Shown here piece after piece: positions 55,021-64,000 of a DNA stretch of 64,000 bases. The stretch is from sequence record NZ_CP083859.1; one strand, given 5' to 3'. The notes below the pieces were generated by a model. That model did no database searches. It worked only from the letters and a program-made list of their open reading frames with translations, and was not told the DNA's origin. The position numbers and the translations under genes are program-made. Within the stretch, counting starts at the first letter, position 1. Every line of letters begins with the position of its first letter. Origin of the DNA: a plasmid.

Positions 55021-55312
55021 CCATTCAGTTCCTTCCAGTGGAGCTTCGTTAGCTTCAGAGCGTCAGCCACACCTTGTTAGTACGGAGTAATTCCGCTTCC
55101 TCGACGCATGCGCCTACGCGCGCATACTTTCTGCGGCGAGCGGATGATATTGACTGAAGCATGCGGCAGCCTTTCAGGCGGATGCTGAACTGAACAAGAC
55201 TATATTTTGATCGGCTTTGCAATATTTAAGACGGTTTGCAACTTTAATGTTGCTTTGCGCCTTTTACCAAGATTTAATAGATTAATGCAAAGATAATAAT
55301 AAGGAACAAAGA

Positions 55313-56479
55313 ATGGGACTGATGGAAACGCTTGACCAGTGCATTACGGCCGGTCATGAAATGACGAAAGCTATCGCGATTGCACAGTTTAACGATGATA
55401 GCCCGGAAGCCAGGAAAATTACCCGTCGCTGGCGTGTGGGTGAGGCCGCCGATCTGATTGGCGTTTCTTCTCAGGCAATCCGTGATGCAGAAAAAGCAGG
55501 ACGCCTTCCCCATCCTGATATGGAAATGCGTGGACGTGTAGAGCAGCGGGTGGGCTACACCATTGAACAAATCAACCATATGCGGGATGTATTTGGCACC
55601 CGTCTGCGCCGTCCTGATGACAGCGTTCCGCCCGTCATCGCGGTGGCAGCACATAAAGGGGGTGTCTATAAGACATCTGTATCTGTACATTTGGCACAGG
55701 ACCTGGCGCTGAAAGGGCTGCGAGTACTGCTTGTCGAAGGGAACGATCCTCAAGGCACAGCCTCCATGTACCACGGCTGGGTCCCTGATTTGCATATCCA
55801 TGCCGAAGACACACTGCTGCCTTTTTATCTTGGTGAGCGCGATGATGCAGCCTATGCCGTCAAAGCCACCTGCTGGCCGGGTCTCGACATCATACCTTCA
55901 TGCCTGGCTCTGCACCGCATTGAGACAGAACTAATGGGAAGGTTTGACAACGGGAAACTGCCGACAGAACCTCATATGATGCTTCGCCTGGCCATCGAAA
56001 CAGTGGCCCATGATTATGATGTCATTGTTATCGACAGTGCACCGAACCTCGGTATTGGTACCATCAATGTCGTCTGTGCTGCAGATGTACTCATCGTGCC
56101 AACGCCAGCAGAGTTATTTGATTACACCTCTGCCCTTCAGTTTTTTGACATGCTGCGCGACCTGTTAAAAAACGTGGACCTGCAGGGTTTTGAACCTGAC
56201 GTTAGAATTCTTCTGACCAAGTACAGCAATAACAATGGCTCACAGTCACCCTGGATGGAAGAACAGATCCGCGATGCCTGGGGAAGCATGGTACTGAAAA
56301 ACGTTGTTCGCGAGACCGACGAAGTCGGTAAAGGTCAGATCCGTATGAGAACGGTGTTTGAGCAGGCTATCGATCAGCGCTCATCTACAGGAGCCTGGCG
56401 AAATGCGCTGTCTATCTGGGAGCCTGTCTGTAATGAAATTTTTGATCGCCTGATTAAACCTCGCTGGGAGATCAGATAA
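55313..56479 (+). CDS. sopA: Type Ia partition ATPase ParA/SopA (with N-terminal HTH)
   Basis: Deviant Walker [21 protein letters not shown]. 388 aa with an N-terminal extension typical of SopA/P1 ParA. Confidence 0.9.
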   Translation: MGLMETLDQCITAGHEMTKAIAIAQFNDDSPEARKITRRWRVGEAADLIGVSSQAIRDAEKAGRLPHPDMEMRGRVEQRVGYTIEQINHMRDVFGTRLRRPDDSVPPVIAVAAHKGGVYKTSVSVHLAQDLALKGLRVLLVEGNDPQGTASMYHGWVPDLHIHAEDTLLPFYLGERDDAAYAVKATCWPGLDIIPSCLALHRIETELMGRFDNGKLPTEPHMMLRLAIETVAHDYDVIVIDSAPNLGIGTINVVCAADVLIVPTPAELFDYTSALQFFDMLRDLLKNVDLQGFEPDVRILLTKYSNNNGSQSPWMEEQIRDAWGSMVLKNVVRETDEVGKGQIRMRTVFEQAIDQRSSTGAWRNALSIWEPVCNEIFDRLIKPRWEIR

Positions 56480-57444
56480 TGAAACGTGCACCAGTCATTC
56501 CAAAACATACCGTAAAAGATATCCGCCCCGAAACTGAACCTTCAGCGGCACCCGCTGCACCGATGGTTGATTCATTAATTGCACGGGTTGGAGCCATGGC
56601 CCGCGGGAATACCATTCTGCTTCCGGTTTGTGGCCGGGAAGTGAAATTTATTCTGGAAGCGATCCCGGGCGAGAGTGTTGAGACGGCATCAAGAGTCTGG
56701 TCAGGTAATGAACGTGACCAGGAACTACTGACCGAAGACGCGCTTGATGATCTGATTCCCTCTTTTATGCTGAGTGGTCAACAGACGCCTGCGTTCGGAC
56801 GAAGGGTAGAAGGTGTCATTGAAATTGCTGATGGTAGTCGCCGTCGTAAAGCCGCCATACTGACATCATCAGATTATCGTGTTCTCGTCGGGGATCTCGA
56901 TGACGAACAGATGATGGCTTTATCACGGCTGGGTAATGATTATCGTCCTGTCAGCGCTTATGAACGGGGCAACCGTTATGCACAGCGGTTGGAAAATGAT
57001 TTTAACGGCAATATCTCTGCTCTGGCTGAAGCTGAGAATATTTCCCGTAAAATCATCACGCGTTGCATCAACACGGCCCATTTGCCAAAATCAGTGGTTG
57101 CCCTGTTTACTCATCCTGGTGAACTTTCCGCCCGCTCAGGGGAGACGCTGTACAAAGCATTTTCGGGAAAAGAAGCTTTATTGTTGCAACGGACACAACA
57201 GCTTCATGAGCAAAAGAAAGCGGGAGTTATCTTTGAATCCGAGGAAGTTATTGGTTTACTGACGGATGTTCTGAAAGAGCCATCAGGTAAAAAAGTAAAC
57301 CTTAATACCCGTCATCAATTTGTACCTGGTGCGACAGCCCTATACAAAGGCGATAAGGTGATTTTTAATCTCGATAAATCTCGTTTGCCTGCCGAGTGTA
57401 TCGAGAAGATAGAAACCATACTGCGCGACTTACAAAAAGTTTAG
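56479..57444 (+). CDS. sopB: Partition protein ParB/SopB
   Basis: ParB-box region ([11 protein letters not shown]...), 321 aa. Its start overlaps the sopA stop. Confidence 0.85.
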   Translation: MKRAPVIPKHTVKDIRPETEPSAAPAAPMVDSLIARVGAMARGNTILLPVCGREVKFILEAIPGESVETASRVWSGNERDQELLTEDALDDLIPSFMLSGQQTPAFGRRVEGVIEIADGSRRRKAAILTSSDYRVLVGDLDDEQMMALSRLGNDYRPVSAYERGNRYAQRLENDFNGNISALAEAENISRKIITRCINTAHLPKSVVALFTHPGELSARSGETLYKAFSGKEALLLQRTQQLHEQKKAGVIFESEEVIGLLTDVLKEPSGKKVNLNTRHQFVPGATALYKGDKVIFNLDKSRLPAECIEKIETILRDLQKV

Positions 57445-57504
57445 CCTGTTTAATGATACACGCGAGAGTCTTCATTAATTTCCAATATCCTTAATGCGTT
57501 ACAT

Positions 57505-57541
57505 GCTGCTTCGGAATATATACATCCGAAGCAGTTATTTT
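57505..57541 (+). terminator. Rho-independent terminator after sopB
   Basis: GCTGCTTCGGA-atatatacat-TCCGAAGCAG followed by TTATTTT. Confidence 0.55.
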
Positions 57542-57664
57542 CTGCACTATAGCCCAGTGTTGTAAAAAAGATCTGTTTACTTCTCCCAACCTGATTGTTA
57601 CCACAATCTAAAGATCCAGTTTTTTCTAGTTTTCCTTAACTAGTTCCGCAGTTCACCCCTCAAC

Positions 57665-57920
57665 CTGCATATCAGAACTCAGACGGTAACCCATCCCGGA
57701 ATACTGATTTCATACACCAGATTAACTGGGACCACGGTCCCACTTCCTACTTGCGTGTCAGAACTCACCCGTCAAGCCCGCTTGGAATATCGATTCCACA
57801 CGCCGGATTTAACTGGGACCACGGTCCCACCTCCTACTTGCGTGTCAGAACTCATCCTTCAACCCCGCCTGGAATATCGATTCCACACGCCGGATTTAAC
57901 TGGGACCATGGTCCCACTCT
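57665..57920. repeat. sopC: sopC-like centromere: about 2.6 tandem copies of a 98-bp unit, each with a SopB-box palindrome TGGGACCACGGTCCCA
   Basis: Boxes at 57727-57742, 57814-57829 and 57901-57916 (the last is TGGGACCATGGTCCCA). The first unit is degenerate. Confidence 0.7.
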
Positions 57921-58093
57921 ATTCAGCTGTTTCTATCACAATACAGATTTTGAGATTGTTACTGTGATTCCTGTATTAGGTGCGTAAGAAGATTATGTTC
58001 GTTTTGTTCCCTGGTGCTTCCTCGCTCACTCGCGGGCTTCACCCTGTCGTTCGGCTGCGGCGAGCACTACTGGCTCTCTCAGAAAAGCAGAAT

Positions 58094-59365
58094 TTATCTG
58101 ATCCTCGCAACGGGAATATCTTTCCAGCGGGTGGTGTACGCAGGGGAGAGCATATCGCGTTTCATTTGCCATGATGGCGCTATCCCTCGCCCGGCAAACC
58201 AGATCTGTCCCAGACCGGAATGATTAATGCCATCGAGAACCTTCATCAGCTCAGAGCTGTGAGGACGTGGCGGACGTTCGTCGAACAGCTGCAGCTGCGA
58301 AACGCCGGAGCCGGTGAAGTCATTCAGCATCACACCGGCTTTGGCATACAGGTGCCCATCCTTCCAGATACGCTCCAGAGCCGTTGTGGCGGCCGCAATA
58401 ATGTCCCGGGTGTCCTGAGTGGGTGTAAGCAGTTTCTCCGTGGCCACGTTGCCATAGTAAGGCTCTTTAACGGCGAACGGAGACGTTTTGATGAAAACGG
58501 AAATATGCCGGCAGTACTGGCGCTCTTTCCGCAGCTTTTCAGAGGCCCGTTCTGCGTACTGACAGACAGCCTGGCGGAGCGAATCGTACTCCGTGATTTT
58601 CTCTCCAAAGCTGCGGCTGCAGACGATCTGCTGTTTCGTCGGTGGTGCTTCCTCAAGCGACATGCAGCTTTCCCCGTTCAGTTCGCGTACTGTTCGCTCG
58701 AGAACGACGGAGAAATTTTTGCGTATAAAGGCCGGGTTCGTCAGGGCCAGATCGAGCGCGGTCCTGATACCCAGTACATTAAGTTTGCGTGCAATACGGT
58801 TTCCCACGCCCCAGATCTCTTCGACCGGCTGCAGTGAAAGCAGTTTCCGCGTTCGCTGAGGATTCCCCCTGGTCAGGGCGAGCACACCACGAAACTGTTT
58901 CCACTCCTTTGAGGCCCACTGGGCAGATTTTGCCAGGGTTTTCGTCGGCCCGGCACCCACGCCGATGGTCAGACGGGTACAGTCATACACGTGCTGGCGC
59001 AGCTGCCGGCCGAAGTCCTCCAGGTCCATGCAGTGCTCAACGCCGGTCAGGTCGAGGAACATCTCGTCAATCGAATACTGTTCCACCCTTGGGGCCAGCT
59101 CCTCCAGGCAGCTCATCACGCGCGCTGACATCGAGGCATAAAGTTCATAGTTGCTTGAGAACGCGTATATTTTTTCCGGATACGTTTCGTTTTTCATCTG
59201 AAACCACGGCATGCCCATTTTGATCCAGGGCTTTGCCTCGGCACTTCTTGCGATAACGCAGCCATCGTTATTACTGAGCACCACAACCGGCTTTCCTTTC
59301 AAATCCGGGCGGAAAACACGTTCGCAGCTGGCATAAAAGCTGTTCACATCGGCCAGGGCAAACAT
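58094..59365 (-). CDS. umuC: Y-family error-prone DNA polymerase V catalytic subunit UmuC
   Basis: [22 protein letters not shown]... canonical UmuC N-terminus, 423 aa. Confidence 0.9.
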   Translation of the reverse strand: MFALADVNSFYASCERVFRPDLKGKPVVVLSNNDGCVIARSAEAKPWIKMGMPWFQMKNETYPEKIYAFSSNYELYASMSARVMSCLEELAPRVEQYSIDEMFLDLTGVEHCMDLEDFGRQLRQHVYDCTRLTIGVGAGPTKTLAKSAQWASKEWKQFRGVLALTRGNPQRTRKLLSLQPVEEIWGVGNRIARKLNVLGIRTALDLALTNPAFIRKNFSVVLERTVRELNGESCMSLEEAPPTKQQIVCSRSFGEKITEYDSLRQAVCQYAERASEKLRKERQYCRHISVFIKTSPFAVKEPYYGNVATEKLLTPTQDTRDIIAAATTALERIWKDGHLYAKAGVMLNDFTGSGVSQLQLFDERPPRPHSSELMKVLDGINHSGLGQIWFAGRGIAPSWQMKRDMLSPAYTTRWKDIPVARIR

Positions 59366-59796
59366 CAGTACATCTCCCTCGGGCGGTGGATGATGTGCGT
59401 GACGACGCCAAAGATATCCAGATCGTCCGGGTCGGGATAAATCGGCGGCCAGGCGGCGTTCATTGGCTGCAGCGTCAGTCGTGGCGTCAGCAGAAGCCGT
59501 TTAACCGTAAACTCCCCCTGCACACTGGCCACAACAATATCGCCGTGCCGGGGCTTCTCTGCACTGTCCACAACCAGCAGATCGCCATTGTAAAGGCTGC
59601 CGTCGGACATGCTGTCACCGCTGGCACGGAGATAGTAAGTCGCGCTTGGGTGCCGTATGCAGTAATCATGGAGATCCAGGTCGGACTCGACATAGTCAGC
59701 GGCAGGGCTCGGAAAACCGCAGCTGGCCAGGTCTGCAAACAACGGATGGGCCTGTGGCGGGAGTGCTTTCCCGGTGCTGAAAAGCTGCAGTTTCAT
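59365..59796 (-). CDS. umuD: UmuD (LexA-like self-cleaving SOS mutagenesis protein)
   Basis: CG cleavage site and S/K peptidase fold. Overlaps the umuC start. Confidence 0.9.
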   Translation of the reverse strand: MKLQLFSTGKALPPQAHPLFADLASCGFPSPAADYVESDLDLHDYCIRHPSATYYLRASGDSMSDGSLYNGDLLVVDSAEKPRHGDIVVASVQGEFTVKRLLLTPRLTLQPMNAAWPPIYPDPDDLDIFGVVTHIIHRPREMY

Positions 59797-59818
59797 CTTT
59801 CCTCCTGACGTCTAAATA

Positions 59819-59838
59819 TACTGGATATTCATACAGTA
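59819..59838. promoter_or_regulatory. LexA (SOS) box TACTGgatattcataCAGTA upstream of umuD
   Basis: CTG-N10-CAG with an AT-rich spacer, 23 bp upstream of the umuD start. Confidence 0.6.
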
Positions 59839-60024
59839 TATTTAACAGCGTGAGGATAATCCAGATCACCTGCTTCATGAACAGGGTGAGTAACCTAAGT
59901 TACTCAAAATGCTATTTAATATCATTATGGGACATTTAAATTACTCATAATGAGAAGTATGGCTTTTATTTTGCCATTTTGCTCTTATAATATGTATCAA
60001 ATTGAGTTTAATTGACGGAGCATA

Positions 60025-60999
60025 ATGATGAATATTTACTGCGATGATGGTTCAACTAATGTTAAGCTGGCATGGTTTGAAGGAAACGAGCTGCAGACCC
60101 GGGTTTCTGCTAACTCCTTCCGGCATGGCTGGAAAGTGGCGGAATTCAGTGCCGCAACGTTCAACTATCAGGTGGGCACGCTGAAATACACCTGGGACAG
60201 CGTCAGCCGGGATGCCATCCCGACAACAAACGTGGAATACCAGTACGGTGATCTCAACCTGCTGGCCGTGCATCATGCCCTGCTGAACAGCGGACTTGAG
60301 CCGCAGCCGGTGAGCCTGACCGTGACGCTGCCCCTGAGCGAGTATTATGACGGGGACTGCCAGCGGAACGAGGAGAACATCCGACGCAAACGAGAAAACC
60401 TGATGCGTGAGCTGGTTCTGAATAAGGGCAGGGCATTTACCGTAACGGACGTGAAGGTGATGCCTGAATCACTGCCGGCGGCGTTCTCCCGTCTCGCGGA
60501 GCTGAAGCCCGGACCCGCTGAGACCACCCTGATTATCGATCTCGGCGGAACCACGCTCGATGCCGGCGTGATTGTCGGACAGTTTGATGATATCAGTGCG
60601 GTACACGGCAATCCGTCTGTCGGCGTGTCACAGGTCACCCGCGCAGCTGCAGGCGCGCTGCGGGCTGCAGACAGCGAAACCAGCGCGCTTATTGCTGACA
60701 CGGTCATCCGCAACCGCAATGATCGTCAGTATCTGCAGCGAGTGATCAACGATGCCGGAAAAATTGACGATGTTCTGAACAAAATTACAGAGGCAATCAC
60801 TTCCCTGGGCGCGCGTGTCACCAGTGAGCTGACGGTCTTCAGGAGCGTTAACCGGGTATTCCTGGTCGGGGGAGGGGCATCCCTCATTGAAGAGGCTATA
60901 CGTCAGGCCTGGCCTCTGGCTCCTGACCGTATCGAGGTTATCGGCGATCCGCAGCTGGCGCTGGCCAGAGAGATTGCCCTTTACAATAAAGAGGACTAA
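60025..60999 (+). CDS. stbA: Actin-like segregation ATPase ParM/StbA
   Basis: MNIYCDDGSTNVKL... and LIIDLGGTTLD ASKHA phosphate motifs. Confidence 0.8.
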   Translation: MMNIYCDDGSTNVKLAWFEGNELQTRVSANSFRHGWKVAEFSAATFNYQVGTLKYTWDSVSRDAIPTTNVEYQYGDLNLLAVHHALLNSGLEPQPVSLTVTLPLSEYYDGDCQRNEENIRRKRENLMRELVLNKGRAFTVTDVKVMPESLPAAFSRLAELKPGPAETTLIIDLGGTTLDAGVIVGQFDDISAVHGNPSVGVSQVTRAAAGALRAADSETSALIADTVIRNRNDRQYLQRVINDAGKIDDVLNKITEAITSLGARVTSELTVFRSVNRVFLVGGGASLIEEAIRQAWPLAPDRIEVIGDPQLALAREIALYNKED

Positions 61000-61001
61000 A
61001 C

Positions 61002-61664
61002 GTGCCGGACGGCCAGTATTCTTTCTATCTGCACAGCGACGATCGCACCGACATCACGGCGATGGCGACCATCAGCACCATCTCACAGCCCCTGCGCGGT
61101 GACTTCATTCGGACCGCCGCCACCGCCGGGGCGGTGATGTACCAGACGGATGCCCGTTTACCGGCGCTGATCCCGGTGTTCTTTGACGGACATCTGAGTG
61201 CCATCCGGCTTTGTGCCGTGATGGCCCTGGTATCCGGCACCTGGTCTTCACTCTCAGGGCTTCCTGATGAGCCTGATGGTGGCGTGGCTGCTCTGGCCAT
61301 GTCACCGGAGACGGAATACCAGCGCCGGCGTTACACCCTGACGCTTCAGGATGACCGGAGCAGTGAACGGGTTGAGCGTGTGCTGACGGGCGTGTCATCC
61401 CGCCTGCGCGGAGAGCTGCTGAGAAACCTGATTATCACCGGTCTGGCCCTGCATACGACCGCACCGGAGCTGCCGCGTCTGCTGGCCAGTATGCCGGTAC
61501 CGCCCGGCACGGTCAGCGAGCTGCAGGTTCTGGTTCAGCAGATGGCTGGTACGGCTGACGTGAGTATGGCTGCAGTGCCGGAGAACCCAGCGGAGCCTGC
61601 CGCACCGGTATCCGCTGAAGCGACCAGCATAAAGAAAAATATGCGCCGGGCATTCGGAGACTAA
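61002..61664 (+). CDS. Putative partition adaptor / plasmid stability protein (StbB-like), GTG start
   Basis: Immediately follows parM. Ala/Pro-rich C-terminus. Function assigned only by position. Confidence 0.35.
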   Translation: MPDGQYSFYLHSDDRTDITAMATISTISQPLRGDFIRTAATAGAVMYQTDARLPALIPVFFDGHLSAIRLCAVMALVSGTWSSLSGLPDEPDGGVAALAMSPETEYQRRRYTLTLQDDRSSERVERVLTGVSSRLRGELLRNLIITGLALHTTAPELPRLLASMPVPPGTVSELQVLVQQMAGTADVSMAAVPENPAEPAAPVSAEATSIKKNMRRAFGD

Positions 61665-61666
61665 GC

Positions 61667-61930
61667 ATGTCAGTGATTAAACAAAAAGCAGTGCAGTGCA
61701 TTCATAACTTTCTGCGCGCCCGGAACGTGCCTGAATCTCAGTGGCCGGAACGGGTCAAAAAGACCGGCAGGGGAATGATACTGGCAGGCGTGGCCGTCGT
61801 GGTTCCTGGCGTTCTGGTTGATAACATCTCACTGCCGGTGACAATCGCGATGCAGGTCTGCTATGCCTCACTGATCGGCCTCGGGGTTCTCCTGGCGTTT
61901 GACGAGAAAAAACCAGAGGGGCGGGGATGA
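61667..61930 (+). CDS. Hypothetical small membrane protein
   Basis: 87-aa ORF starting 3 bp after the previous stop; two hydrophobic segments. Confidence 0.3.
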   Translation: MSVIKQKAVQCIHNFLRARNVPESQWPERVKKTGRGMILAGVAVVVPGVLVDNISLPVTIAMQVCYASLIGLGVLLAFDEKKPEGRG

Positions 61931-61958
61931 ATATGAACATTAACCTGAAGGAAACAGT

Positions 61959-62162
61959 ATGCAGCTTGAAGAACTGACAGGAGACGAACGTACGCTGGTC
62001 GTTGTGGCACTGCAGGCGTTGTTCCGCGAGAGATTATCCGCATCAAATGCCGTCTTTACGGTATGTAGCCTGTCCGGAAAAGAGCAGCCGCCGGAAGATA
62101 TTTTTGGGCTGCGTGAAGTAGAGGATGCGCTGAGACGTATTGGTGCAGCTCCTGCGCGTTAA
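61959..62162 (+). CDS. Hypothetical small protein
   Basis: 67-aa ORF, co-oriented with the preceding gene. Confidence 0.3.
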   Translation: MQLEELTGDERTLVVVALQALFRERLSASNAVFTVCSLSGKEQPPEDIFGLREVEDALRRIGAAPAR

Positions 62163-62333
62163 ATCCGGTCCCGTACACTTCAGAAAAAAACGGCAGGGTG
62201 ACATCTCATCCCTGCCGTCAAAACTAAACGCTTAATTTTTCGGCGATTATAATGTATTGTTTTGTGATGTAAATCACATTTTAATTTAATGTGAAATTTT
62301 TCCTCCGCTTTACATCTCCCGTAAAAAATTACC

Positions 62334-62518
62334 CGCCGTGCCTTCACGCTAACCCGGCCGCTGCGGTCGCAAGGGTTCACGTTGTCTCCGTCCTCACCCG
62401 TTCGCGCCCTGCACGGTGCATTCAGCCCGTGAAGGGCTTGCGCTGCGGCTTCGGCGTCGCCCTGGCGTCCTCCGCTTTACGCCGTGTTTTTGTGGCGGCA
62501 CGGCGCAAGAGGGTGCCG
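62334..62518 (+). repeat. Frpo/ssi-like structured leading-region element, copy 1
   Basis: 185 bp, GC-rich, with multiple internal inverted repeats. About 88% identical to 63319-63504. Sits directly upstream of a gene start, like the F-plasmid ssDNA promoter Frpo. Confidence 0.55.
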
Positions 62519-62536
62519 GATGCTGAGGACACAACC

Positions 62537-63004
62537 ATGTTCAGACTGACCTGTATTGAACTCGATAACGGCGAGTTTGCCGTCTATATCAATCACCATT
62601 ACCTGGGGAGTGAAGATGCCAGCGGAGAGCGACTTTCTCTGGGGGAGGTTCTGGAGCAGCTCTCCCTGCTGCCGGGCGTGGAATTACAGACCCTGCTGGA
62701 ACCCGTACCGGAGTGCGATGACTGGTGCTGGAACGACATCGCTGATCGCGTCCTGCCGTCGCGTCCTGCATGTCGTGATGATGTGACGGTGGCAGGGCTC
62801 ATCGCCAGGCTGAAGCAGTACCCACCGGATGCACTGTGTATGGGGACGTTCTTGCTGGAAGATGATTTTCTGTCCCTCGATGGCAGTCTGTCGGAGGAGG
62901 AAATTGCAGAAGCCATGCGTATCTGCGACCACAGCCACGATGCAGGCATCGGTTTTAACTGGGACACGCTGCAGTTCGCTATCGACCACGTGAAGGGGCG
63001 CTAA
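62537..63004 (+). CDS. Hypothetical leading-region protein (155 aa)
   Basis: ATG with a GAGGA RBS just downstream of ssi copy 1. The ORF-track start at 62291 is an extension through the ssi element. Confidence 0.5.
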   Translation: MFRLTCIELDNGEFAVYINHHYLGSEDASGERLSLGEVLEQLSLLPGVELQTLLEPVPECDDWCWNDIADRVLPSRPACRDDVTVAGLIARLKQYPPDALCMGTFLLEDDFLSLDGSLSEEEIAEAMRICDHSHDAGIGFNWDTLQFAIDHVKGR

Positions 63005-63318
63005 AAAAAAGGACACCTTCCGGGGAGGGGTGTCCTGAAATGTGTCATATTCGTTGTAAGTGAAAACCCATCAGATGTTTTCGGCACAGATAATTGCACA
63101 ATCGCTGCCTTTTTTCACCTGCCATATATCCGACTCAAAAAAAAGACGTCTCCGGTCGGGGACGTCCTGAAATCAAAGGCACACATGTAAGATAACGGCG
63201 CGAATCCATTATCAGTGTGCATTCTGCCATACCTTGTCTGACTCATCAGCTACCAGAACCGGTAACAAAGGTTGTCGGTTCTCTCCGCCTTATTGCCGCC
63301 AACCGGCGGCGAGTTCAA

Positions 63319-63504
63319 CGCCGTGCCTTCACGCTAAACCGGCCGCTGCGGTCACAAGGGTTCACGTTGTCTCCGTCCTCACCCGTTCGTACCTTTCACG
63401 GTGCATTCAGCCCGTGAAAGGCTTGCGCTGCGGCTTGCGGCGTCGCCCCTGCGCCCTCCGCTTTTCGCCGGGTTTTTGTGGCGGCACGGCGCAAGAGGGT
63501 GCCG
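63319..63504 (+). repeat. Frpo/ssi-like structured leading-region element, copy 2
   Basis: See copy 1. Lies directly upstream of the methyltransferase gene start. Confidence 0.55.
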
Positions 63505-63526
63505 CATATCAGAGAGGAGTGTGTCT

Positions 63527-64000
63527 ATGTCCCGTTTTATTCTGGGTGACTGCGTGCAGGTGATGTCCCGTTTTCCGGCGCGTGCCGTCGATTTTATTCT
63601 TACCGATCCACCGTACCTGGTTGGCTATAAGGACCGTACCGGCCGCACCCTGGCCGGGGACAACTCTGCCGAATGGCTCCAGCCCGCCTGTCATGAAATG
63701 TACCGCGTGCTGAAAAATGACAGCCTGATGGTGAGTTTCTATGCCTGGAACCGCGCGGATCTGTTTCTGAATGCGTGGAAAACGGCCGGTTTCCGGGTGG
63801 TTGGCCATATCGTCTTTGCCAAGAGCTACGCCTCAAAATCGACGTTCGTGGGTTACACCCATGAGAGTGCCTACCTGCTGGCAAAGGGAAGGCCGCAAAC
63901 CCCGGACCGTCCCATCCCGGACGTGATCCCCTGGAAATACACGGGCAACCGACATCACCCGACGGAGAAGCCGGTGCAGAGCCTGCGGCCGCTGATTGAA
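63527..64000 (+). CDS. Orphan DNA methyltransferase (N6A/N4C, DPPY motif), 3' end outside window
   Basis: GAGAGGAG RBS. MSRFILGDCVQVMSRFPARAVDFILTDPPYLVGYKDRTG... No stop codon within the window, so it is absent from the ORF track. Confidence 0.75.
   Translation, partial: MSRFILGDCVQVMSRFPARAVDFILTDPPYLVGYKDRTGRTLAGDNSAEWLQPACHEMYRVLKNDSLMVSFYAWNRADLFLNAWKTAGFRVVGHIVFAKSYASKSTFVGYTHESAYLLAKGRPQTPDRPIPDVIPWKYTGNRHHPTEKPVQSLRPLIE

Noticed and set aside
57751-57987. ORFs of 70-78 aa inside the sopC-like repeat array, and possible CRISPR
   Set aside because: The ORFs are repeat-driven, with near-duplicate peptide halves. The 98-bp units are contiguous with no unique spacers and carry SopB boxes, so this is a centromere, not a CRISPR array.

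Overview
This window is accessory and maintenance DNA of a multi-replicon IncF-type enterobacterial plasmid, probably from Klebsiella or Enterobacter. All calls are from reading the sequence and the ORF track by eye; no database search was run, so family assignments rest on recognised motifs and recalled homology. From left to right: (1) the 3' part of an IncFII-family repA with a terminator and an AT-rich origin region carrying a DnaA box. (2) A roughly 5.7-kb region (3190-8900) bounded by diverged Tn3-family terminal inverted repeats and flanked by a 100-bp direct duplication of the traX 3' end. It carries a soluble PAS-PAS methyl-accepting chemotaxis protein, a frameshifted GAF-GGDEF diguanylate cyclase, IS3/IS21 remnants and a GFA-family gene. 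(3) An orphan traX, a secreted thermonuclease and higBA. (4) A roughly 10.6-kb Tn3-family transposon (11880-22496; divergent tnpR-res-tnpA) whose cargo is an AraC regulator plus three oxidoreductases (OYE, Tat-secreted AKR, SDR). It contains nested tandem 250-bp repeats that each begin with a Tn1000-like IR, and its right IR cuts a parE toxin gene. (5) A complete copper/silver island: pcoE2-S-R-D-C-B-A, pcoE1/pcoG-like genes, a DUF2933 gene, silP-G-A-B-F-C, silRS, silE and a DUF305 gene, with recognisable Cus/Pco boxes. (6) An AT-rich islet with an HNH nuclease, an intact GAF-GGDEF cyclase and a 736-aa Rad50-like ABC ATPase with a CxxC hook and a PrrC/RloC-like C-terminus, which I propose as a candidate anticodon-nuclease defence gene. 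(7) A resD-like integrase, a RepFIB iteron replicon, sopAB with a sopC-like centromere, umuDC with a LexA box, stbAB-like partition genes, and the start of a leading region with two Frpo/ssi-like structured repeats, a small unknown gene and an orphan DNA methyltransferase.
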